A DNA stretch of 64,000 nt from the NCBI GenBank assembly GCA_964291395.2, contig OZ219856.1, forward strand, positions 288,001 through 352,000. The letters are read 5' to 3'. Positions 1 to 7,673 of the stretch are shown here, one piece after another (within the stretch, counting starts at the first letter, position 1; the number at the start of each line of letters is the position of its first letter). A model generated the notes under the pieces. That model did no database searches. It was not told the DNA's origin and saw only the letters and a list, made by a program, of their open reading frames with translations. This stretch comes from Alphaproteobacteria bacterium. Its GTDB lineage: Bacteria > Pseudomonadota > Alphaproteobacteria > UBA2966. Position numbers and translations under genes: made by a program.

Positions 1-2
1 GG

Positions 3-1274
3 ACGAATCCCGAGGATCTTCTCGTGGGCAGGCGCCGGCAGTTCGTCGTGGCGCTCGCGCTGCAATGCTTCGTGACCGGCTATGCCTGGCACGAGACGCA
101 AAGAGAGGCCCTGGCGGCCGGATATCTGATCGCCGAAGTCCGTCGCGGTCTCGATGCCATCGTCGATGCATCCGACGCGAGTGCATGGGACCTCGAGATG
201 TGGAATCGCTTGGCCGTGGTCGCAACCTACCGCCCCATCCACAGAATCGAGGGGATCGAAAAGCTGTTGGGGTTGGGATTGCCTGTGGAATCTCCTTATC
301 GTCGCATGTTGATCCAACAGCAGTTGGTGGAGCCCTCGCGGGAACGCGAGCTTGCGACGACGATAACGCACGTCGCTGGAACAGCGCCGGAACCCGACGC
401 GGATGAGGTTGATGCCTCACCCTATCCGCGTTGGCATCGCCTGCCGAAGGTCGAGCCGAAAAACTACGCTGACCGCTTGCAAGAGCTGATGCCGGGCTTC
501 GTGGTACCGGAGTACGCGCGGAGGCCCCTGCGCATTCTTGTCGCCGGCTGCTCCACCGGGAAACGGGCGCTCGGGCTGGCGGCCGCACACGACAACGTGG
601 AAGTCCTGGCGACGGATCCGAGCCTGGAAAACCTCGCCTACGCGGCCCGCATGGCCGAGGCGATGGGCGTCGGCAACATCGAGTTTCGCCGCGCCTCACG
701 CGAGGAACTCGGCCGAATCGATGGGCAATTTCATGTGATCTATACGGGCAACACGATGCTCCGGACAGAGGATGCCATGGGTCCCTGGCGTTCCCTCGCG
801 GATCATCTGCTCCCCGAAGGCCTGATGCATGTTCAGGCGCGCGTAGGAGAATACCCGGAGGCCCTGACTGCGGCCCGGCACCTCGTCCGCGAGAGATCCC
901 TGCCCGGGGATGCCGAGGGGGTTCGCGAAGCCCGCAAACTCCTGCTCGATCGGCCCGAAGGAGACCCCGCTCGCCGGATCGTCGCGGCGGACGGCTTCTA
1001 CAACCTTTATCAATGTCGCGACCTGTTGTTCCCTGACCACGAGGAAGTCCGGTTCACCGTCGCGGATCTGGGGGACGCCTTGCCGGACCTCGAGCTGCGG
1101 TTTCTGGCCTACGAAGTTCAGATGCAGGTTACCATGGAAGGATTCCTGGAGCAGTTCGGTGACTCGGCGAATCCCCGGGATCTCGATCAATGGGCGGAGT
1201 TGGAAAAACAGCGGCCCAACTCCCTGAGCGGCACGCACCGGGTCTGGTGCCAGAAGACGTTTCCGAGCCCTTAG
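3..1274 (+). CDS. Class I SAM-dependent methyltransferase domain protein (5' partial; resembles the C-terminal half of TPR-methyltransferase proteins)
   Basis: Frame is open from base 3. SAM motif I variant ILVAGCSTG, plus SPYPRW and RDLLF motifs typical of this family. Confidence 0.7.
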   Translation, partial: TNPEDLLVGRRRQFVVALALQCFVTGYAWHETQREALAAGYLIAEVRRGLDAIVDASDASAWDLEMWNRLAVVATYRPIHRIEGIEKLLGLGLPVESPYRRMLIQQQLVEPSRERELATTITHVAGTAPEPDADEVDASPYPRWHRLPKVEPKNYADRLQELMPGFVVPEYARRPLRILVAGCSTGKRALGLAAAHDNVEVLATDPSLENLAYAARMAEAMGVGNIEFRRASREELGRIDGQFHVIYTGNTMLRTEDAMGPWRSLADHLLPEGLMHVQARVGEYPEALTAARHLVRERSLPGDAEGVREARKLLLDRPEGDPARRIVAADGFYNLYQCRDLLFPDHEEVRFTVADLGDALPDLELRFLAYEVQMQVTMEGFLEQFGDSANPRDLDQWAELEKQRPNSLSGTHRVWCQKTFPSP

Positions 1275-2449
1275 CGACTTAGCTCGCGCATTCCCCGGTC
1301 TAGGCCGTCGACGGTCAGCGGGAACATCCGCCCGCCCATGAGTTGGTGCGTCATCTGAAGAGATTGGGTGTAGGTCCAGTGCCGCTCCGTCACCGGGTTG
1401 AGCCAGATCGCGCTCGGATAGGTGGTCAGCAGGCGATCCAGCCAAATCTGGCCGGATTCTTCGTTCCAGTGCTCGACGCTACCCCCGGGATAGGCGATCT
1501 CGTAGGGACTCATGGTCGCGTCCCCGACGATGATCAGTTTGTAGTCGGAGGCGTAGGTGTGCATGACGTCCCAGGTCGGTATGCGTTCCTGGTGGCGGCG
1601 CCGGTTGTCGCGCCATACGTATTCGTAGATGAAGTTGTGGAAATAGAAGTACTCGAGGTGCTTGAACTCGCTGCCGGCCGCCGAGAACAGCTCCTCGCAC
1701 GTGCGCGTATGATCGTCCATCGATCCACCGATGTCGAGAAACAGCAGGACCTTGACGGTATTGTGCCGTTCCGGAACGAGCTTCAGATCGAGATAGCCGC
1801 CGTTGTTCGCGGTGGATCGGACGGTATCGGGAAGGTCGAGTTCCAGCGCGGCGCCCTCCCGGGCGAATCGGCGCAGTCGCCGCAGCGCGATCTTGATGTT
1901 ACGGGTTCCGAGTTCCACGGTATCGTCGAGATTCTTGTATTCGCGCCGGTCCCAGACCTTGACGGCGCGCCGGTGTCGGGAACCTTCCTGACCGATGCGG
2001 ACCCCCTCGGGATTGTAGCCATAGGCACCGAAAGGTGAGCGGCCCGCGGTACCGATCCACTTGTTGCCGCCCTGGTGGCGCTTCTGTTGCTCCTCCAGAC
2101 GCTTCTTCAGCTCCTCCATGAGCTTCTCGAACCCACCCATCGCCTCGACTTCGGCCATCTCTTCTTCGGTCAGGGTGAGTTCGGCGAGTTTGCGCAGCCA
2201 TTCCTCTGGAATTTCGGCCGTCCGATCCTGATCGAGGGACTCGAGACCCTTGAAAACGTGTCCGAACACGACGTCGAACTTGTCGAAGTTTCGCTCGTCC
2301 TTCACGAGCGTCGCACGGGAAAGGTAGTAAAACTCCTCAATGCTCATGTTCGCGACGCGCGCGTCCATCGCTTCCATCAGGGCGAGGTATTCCTTGAGGC
2401 TGGCGGAGACCTTGGCCTTACGGAGTTCGTAAAAGAGTTCGGTGAACAT
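1271..2449 (-). CDS. VWA domain-containing protein (CoxE-like), MoxR partner
   Basis: MIDAS-like LDIGGSMD, YFHN and VGDATMSPYE motifs; lies directly downstream of the MoxR ATPase. Confidence 0.9.
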   Translation of the reverse strand: MFTELFYELRKAKVSASLKEYLALMEAMDARVANMSIEEFYYLSRATLVKDERNFDKFDVVFGHVFKGLESLDQDRTAEIPEEWLRKLAELTLTEEEMAEVEAMGGFEKLMEELKKRLEEQQKRHQGGNKWIGTAGRSPFGAYGYNPEGVRIGQEGSRHRRAVKVWDRREYKNLDDTVELGTRNIKIALRRLRRFAREGAALELDLPDTVRSTANNGGYLDLKLVPERHNTVKVLLFLDIGGSMDDHTRTCEELFSAAGSEFKHLEYFYFHNFIYEYVWRDNRRRHQERIPTWDVMHTYASDYKLIIVGDATMSPYEIAYPGGSVEHWNEESGQIWLDRLLTTYPSAIWLNPVTERHWTYTQSLQMTHQLMGGRMFPLTVDGLDRGMRELSR

Positions 2450-2488
2450 GGGCGGTGGTCAGGGGAGCGCCGGCCTCCGGGCCGCGTG

Positions 2489-3337
2489 TCAGGTCCCACT
2501 TTCCCGCCGGGCCATGAATGCCAGGCGCTCGAACATGTGGACGTCTTGTTCGTTCTTGAGCAGGGCTCCGTGAAGCGGCGGGATCAGTGTCTTCATATCC
2601 CTGCTGCGGAGCACTTCCGGCGATATGTCGTCTGCCACCAGAAGTTTGATCCAATCGAGGAGTTCTGAGGTCGATGGCTTTTTCTTGAGGCCGGGCACTT
2701 CTCGAATTTCGAAGAAGATGTTCAGAGCCTCGGACAACAGGTTTCGCTTCAGGCCCGGGTAATGCACGTCGACGATCTGCTCCATGGTCTCGCGGTCGGG
2801 GAAGCGGATGTAGTGGAAGAAACACCGCCTCAGAAAGGCGTCGGGCAGTTCTTTCTCGTTGTTCGACGTAATGAACACGATCGGACGGTGAACCGATTGG
2901 ATGGTCCGTTTGGTCTCGTAGACGAAAAACTCCATGCGATCGAGTTCGAGCAACAGGTCATTGGGGAATTCGATGTCTGCCTTGTCGATTTCGTCGATCA
3001 GCAATACGGGCCGTTCCTTGGATTCAAAGGCCTCCCACAGCTTGCCGCGGATGATGTAATTCGCGATGTCGTGAACCCGCTCGTCACCGAGCTGGGAATC
3101 TCGGAGGCGCGAGACGGCGTCGTATTCGTAGAGGCCGTGCTGTGCCTTGGTCGTCGACTTTATATGCCATTCGATGAGGGGAGCCGCGATCGCGTTCGCG
3201 ACCTCTATCGCGAGCATGGTCTTGCCGGTTCCGGGCTCGCCCTTCACCAGTAGGGGACGCTGCAACGTGATCGCGGCATTGACCGCGACCATCAGGTCTT
3301 CCGTGGCGACGTAACTGTCGGTTCCTGTGAATTTCAT
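2489..3337 (-). CDS. MoxR family AAA+ ATPase
   Basis: Walker A GEPGTGKT, Walker B LLIDEIDK, ELPDAFLRRC. Confidence 0.93.
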   Translation of the reverse strand: MKFTGTDSYVATEDLMVAVNAAITLQRPLLVKGEPGTGKTMLAIEVANAIAAPLIEWHIKSTTKAQHGLYEYDAVSRLRDSQLGDERVHDIANYIIRGKLWEAFESKERPVLLIDEIDKADIEFPNDLLLELDRMEFFVYETKRTIQSVHRPIVFITSNNEKELPDAFLRRCFFHYIRFPDRETMEQIVDVHYPGLKRNLLSEALNIFFEIREVPGLKKKPSTSELLDWIKLLVADDISPEVLRSRDMKTLIPPLHGALLKNEQDVHMFERLAFMARRESGT

Positions 3338-3440
3338 GGGTCTCGCCCTCTACCGCCCGCGACGGGACGGCCGGCCGCGTCCAGGGTGCGCCGAACGTAG
3401 GCGCTCCGTCGGCTGCGATCAAGCTCCGGGGTCGGACCGG

Positions 3441-3744
3441 TGTCGCTAGCACATGATCTGTCCGGTTAGGTGTCTCCGTGAGGAGGAGGCTGGATGAACC
3501 GGACGATGTGGCTACGGGAGCGCAGGATGGAGAAGTTTGCGATGTGCCGGGACGCTTCGAGGCGAACCGTTCGAGACCCCGGCCCGGAAGGCCGCGTGAT
3601 CCGCTTCGGCGCGACCTACCGCAGCCCTGTGGACAAGTGGACAGCCGCTCCGCGCCTGACCACTTCCCCACGGGGCCCGCAACCTCAACAGAAGCGGCCA
3701 ATCGATGTGCTACGAAAACCGGACAAATCTACTTGCTAGCGACA
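3441..3744 (+). mobile_element. Internally deleted IS remnant / MITE (ISNCY, IS1202-like)
   Basis: Terminal inverted repeats tgtcgctagcacatgatctgtccggtt (3441-3467) and aaccggacaaatctacttgctagcgaca (3717-3744). Short internal ORF start MNRTMWLRERRMEKF at 3494 resembles ISNCY transposase N-termini. Confidence 0.75.
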
Positions 3745-4517
3745 ACAGGGTGGCCCGTTCTGTGTCCCAAATCGTCGAACAGGTGGTACATCCGGTCGCG
3801 CCAGGTGTAGATGGGATCCGAGGGCTCCAATAGCGCGAAAGAGCTGACGCTCTTCCCCCAGATGAACGGACCCAGCACGCTGTAGTCGGCGTAGGCCGGT
3901 GCGTCCCCTGACAGGAATGGTTGAACCGCGAGCACCGCGCGGACGGGTTCCAGCAAATCACGTGCGGTGAGTATGCGTGTGTCGCGGTCGGCCTGCATTT
4001 CTTCCAGCGTACCGCCGTATCCACCGCCGTAGCCGCCGACGGGCGGCGCGACGTCGAACTCGGCAGTGTCGACGTCAGGCTGAAGTCTTTTCTGCTCTTC
4101 GCTGAACCGCGCCTCCCGTGTGGCGCGGTAATGCTCCTGCTCCTCCGGTTTCACGATGTTGTAAGCGTCGAGGATGAACAGGCGCCGGAAGGCAAAGATC
4201 TGCGCGGTATTGGTCCAATCGTTGATGAACTTTGTCTCGCCCTTGCCGATCTCGCCACCAAACAATGACGGCCGCTCCGGATAGGCCTCCTCCAGGTACT
4301 CGGCGATCGCCCACGAGTCCGACACAACGGTATCGCCGTCCTGAAGGACAGGCACGAGATCCTGGCCGGAGAAGGCGACGCGGCCCTTCTCGAAGAAACC
4401 TATGCCGATCCGCTCGAACTCGAGCCCTTTGTGAAAAACGGCGTACACCGATTTCCAGCAGTGGGGGCTGATCTTCGCGTCTCCTTGGCCGGCGAGCTCA
4501 TAGAGCTTGATGGTCAT
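3729..4517 (-). CDS. Glutathione S-transferase, LigE/beta-etherase-like class (Ser type)
   Basis: IKLYEL...ISPHCWK...HKG, VPVL, SDSWAIAEYLEEAYPERPSLF, PAYADY. Confidence 0.85.
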   Translation of the reverse strand: MTIKLYELAGQGDAKISPHCWKSVYAVFHKGLEFERIGIGFFEKGRVAFSGQDLVPVLQDGDTVVSDSWAIAEYLEEAYPERPSLFGGEIGKGETKFINDWTNTAQIFAFRRLFILDAYNIVKPEEQEHYRATREARFSEEQKRLQPDVDTAEFDVAPPVGGYGGGYGGTLEEMQADRDTRILTARDLLEPVRAVLAVQPFLSGDAPAYADYSVLGPFIWGKSVSSFALLEPSDPIYTWRDRMYHLFDDLGHRTGHPVVASK

Positions 4518-4542
4518 GGTAGTCAACCCTGCCAGCCGGCAT

Positions 4543-5235
4543 CTAATCCGCCTCGTGTGGAGCGCTGCGGGCGAACCCGTCGTACAGATCGAGCATGCGC
4601 TCGCGCCAGGCGTATATGGGATCTTCCGGCTCCAGCAATTGGATCTTGCTGAGACAACGGGCCCACTGAAAGTCTCCGAACACGATATAGTCAGCGTAGG
4701 CGGGATTCTGCCCGCTCACAAACGGCTGCCCCGAAAGCGTCACTCGCAGCGGCTCAAGCCTCTTGCGCCATTCGAGCACTCTCTCCTCGCGGCCCTCCCG
4801 ATAGTCCTCGAGACGGCCATAGCGCTTCTCACGATCCTTCCGCCAGATGTCTCGGTCTTCTGGGTTCAGGTGATTGAAGGAGTCCCACAGCAAGATCTCG
4901 GTTAACCCCGGTTTCTGCAACTGCCGCACCCAGGCACTGACGAACGATGCCTGGGCCCGGCCCATATCGCTGCCAAACAACGACGACCGGTCGCTATAGG
5001 CATCTTCGAGATAATCGGAGATCTCCCAAGAATCATTGATCCAACGCTCACCATCCACGAGGACCGGCGTGAGACCTTGATTGGTGAATGCGATCGGAGA
5101 TTTGTCCAGATAGCCGACAGGGATGCGCTCGAAGTTGTCGATTCCCTTGTGCCTCATGGCCATGAGGGTGCGCCAGCAGAACGGGCAGTAACGGAAGCCA
5201 TCGCGTCCACCGAGTTCGTAGACCGTGATCGTCAT
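4543..5235 (-). CDS. Glutathione S-transferase, LigE/beta-etherase-like class (CPFC type)
   Basis: YCPFCWR...HKG, TPVL, NDSWEISDYLEDAY, PAYADY; paralog of the adjacent gene. Confidence 0.85.
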   Translation of the reverse strand: MTITVYELGGRDGFRYCPFCWRTLMAMRHKGIDNFERIPVGYLDKSPIAFTNQGLTPVLVDGERWINDSWEISDYLEDAYSDRSSLFGSDMGRAQASFVSAWVRQLQKPGLTEILLWDSFNHLNPEDRDIWRKDREKRYGRLEDYREGREERVLEWRKRLEPLRVTLSGQPFVSGQNPAYADYIVFGDFQWARCLSKIQLLEPEDPIYAWRERMLDLYDGFARSAPHEAD

Positions 5236-5271
5236 CGGTTAAGCCAATCCATCCTTCCGCGTGAATCTGCT

Positions 5272-6003
5272 CTAGGCGGCGTTTTGGTGGCAGGTCTCGA
5301 AGTAGTCGATCAGTTCCGAGACGGCCGCGACATCGACGTAGCGTGACGCCAGGTCGGTCAGGTGGATCCAGTGCACCGCCGGGATGAGGTCGCCCACGGC
5401 GTCGGCGCCGATCACCGTCTTGAAGCCGCGCTGCATCGAATCGATCGCGGTTGCCCGCACGCAGGCGCTGGACGTACAGCCGGCGAGAACTACCGTGTCA
5501 ACGCCCTCTTTTTTGAGGCGCTCCTCAAGGTCGGTTTCGAAGAACGCCGAGGGGTACTTCTTGTTGATGACGGTCTCGCCCGGCTCCGGTGCCAGGCGGT
5601 CGTCAATCTGGGAGGCAACGCTGCCGCACTGCAGTGCCGAGATCCATGGCACCTTGGCGGCCCAGTAACCAGCATCCTGCATGTGGGGCTCGTAGGCCAG
5701 CGTCGTGAAGTGGACCGGCACGCGCGTTCGCCGCGCCGCCGCCAGAAGCTCGATCGTCTTGGCCACGGCGGGCTCGTAGCCGTTACTGGGAAAGTCGGGC
5801 ATGCCGCGGGTGAAAGGCACGGTGAAGTCGACAATGACGAGGGCCGGCTTGTGTCCCCGTCCGACCTCATGGCCATAACGGTTCTCGAAGAACGATAAAA
5901 TCTCACCGAGGGTCGTCGCGCGCAGCTCCTCGGGAACCGGGAAGGGAAGTAGCGGTTTTTTCGCCACGTTCAAGCTACTCTCGAATCGCGTGCCGCCGTG
6001 CAC
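5272..6003 (-). CDS. Isochorismatase-family cysteine hydrolase (N-carbamoylsarcosine amidase / maleamate amidohydrolase-like); start uncertain
   Basis: Asp-Lys-Cys triad motifs IVDF, KKYPSAFF, GCTSSACVRATAID. Confidence 0.85.
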   Translation of the reverse strand: MHGGTRFESSLNVAKKPLLPFPVPEELRATTLGEILSFFENRYGHEVGRGHKPALVIVDFTVPFTRGMPDFPSNGYEPAVAKTIELLAAARRTRVPVHFTTLAYEPHMQDAGYWAAKVPWISALQCGSVASQIDDRLAPEPGETVINKKYPSAFFETDLEERLKKEGVDTVVLAGCTSSACVRATAIDSMQRGFKTVIGADAVGDLIPAVHWIHLTDLASRYVDVAAVSELIDYFETCHQNAA

Positions 6004-6031
6004 GACGGCATTTTAGCATCCGGGAAGGCAT

Positions 6032-6054
6032 GGGGCCCGGCAACGCCGGGCCCC
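6032..6054. terminator. GC-rich hairpin downstream of the SBP gene (terminator or mRNA-stabilising stem)
   Basis: ggggcccggc-aac-gccgggcccc, a perfect 10-bp stem; no clear U tract. Confidence 0.45.
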
Positions 6055-6112
6055 GCAGCTCCTTCAAACGGTGTTGCCTGTAGGCAACCCGTACAGGAAA
6101 GACGTGCGTCCA

Positions 6113-7629
6113 CTAGCACGTGCTGCTCGCGTCCTTGAACTGCAGACGCTCGTCCGGACGCGGGGTCCAGGTCACGCAGTCGCGCACGCCGTAGGCGTGG
6201 ATCTCGTTGTAGAGCGGGTTGAACACTGCATTTTCCCGGTCAATCCGCCAGATCTTGGCGAGGATTTCCTTGCGCTTGTTCGGGTCGGCGGAAGCACGCT
6301 GCTCCTTGGCCAGCCGGTCGACCTCGTCGGTATGCCAGTAGGCATGCGATGTGGCGCTTTCGTATTCGAGATTGAGCAACAGGTCGGCATCGAGAATCGA
6401 GATGCCCATCGAGAACAGGTACATGCCCTGAATCTTGTCGCCGACCCACAGCGGGAACAGCGCCGCCATCTCCATCGACTGCAGTTCCGTCTTGATGCCG
6501 ACGTCGTTGAGGTAGCCGACGAGCGCCTGGGCGGTCTGGTCAGCGAAGGCCCACCGGTTGTTGGGATACTGAAACAGAATCGGCGACCCGTCGTACCCCG
6601 ATTCCTTTACCAGGCGGCGCGCCATCTCGGGGTCGAATTTCGGCACGCCAAGTGACGGGTCGTGGCCGAACGTCACCGGCGGAGCGAGCTGGCCGATGGG
6701 AATGCCGAGACCGCGCAGCAGTTTCTCGGTGATCGTCTTACGGTCGACGGCATGTAGCATCGCCTTGCGCAACTTGACACTGTCCATCGGCTTGTTGTTC
6801 TGGTTGTAGGCCAGGAAAATGACGCGATTGCTTGCCACTTTCTGGACATTGATACCCGGCTGTTTGGACAGGCTATCGACCAGAGGCGGCGGCAGTACGG
6901 GAACGACGTCTATCTCGCCCGACGCCAATGCCGCGGCGCGCGAGGCTTCGGATGGCATTGGCCGGAAGATCAGGGTCTTCAGTTTCGGCGCCCCTTCCCA
7001 GTAGTCATCGAACGCCTCGAGTTCGAGGTAGCCGTCCTTCACCCACTTCTTGACCTTGAAGGGACCGGAGCCGACTGGCTGGAGCGCGAACTTCTCGGCA
7101 CCCATCCCGGTGTAAGCCTTCTTCGACACGATCGAGACCAGACTGACTTGCCGGTCGAATGTGGCGAACGGCGTGCTGATGGTAAAACGTACCGAATCGT
7201 CACCCACCAGCTCGACAGAGGCGACGGCCTTGAAGTAGCGCTTCACCGGCGACTTGGCGCTGTCGAAGATATGCTGAAAGGTCCACCGCACGTCTTCAGC
7301 AGTTACTGGATCCCCGTTGTGAAATTTCATCCCGGTTCGAATTTTGAACGTCCACACGGTGGCGTCTTTTTCTATCGTCCAAGACTCGGCAATGTTCGGC
7401 GACACAGAGCCGTCCGCATTGATGAGGGATTAAGATGACCGAAGATGTTCTGATAAGCGTTGATCGAGAACGCGGCCGTGTTCTGCGTCGGGTCGAGCGT
7501 CAGGACATCGACGCTTTGGGCAACGCTGATCTTGCCCGTCTGCGCAACGGCCGGCGAGCCAGCCATCAGCAGGCCGAGAGCAAGTCCGGCGGCGGCGATC
7601 GCGCTGTATATCGGTGATCTTGTTGTCAT
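6113..7629 (-). pseudogene. Opp/Dpp family 5 ABC substrate-binding protein, frameshifted near 7430 (pseudogene or sequencing error)
   Basis: Signal peptide and LTLDP N-terminus (MTTRSPIYS...NIFGHL) lie in one frame; LINADGSVSPNIAESW...FHNGDPVTAEDV...PVGSGPF lie in another. Confidence 0.8.
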
Positions 7630-7673
7630 CGCATGAGTCCTTCTCTGTGATGGCATATGGGCCAGGGGCCCAA

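Noticed and set aside
7420-7440. Programmed frameshift or recoding in the SBP gene
   Set aside because: No slippery heptamer or stimulatory structure seen; mutation or sequencing error is simpler.
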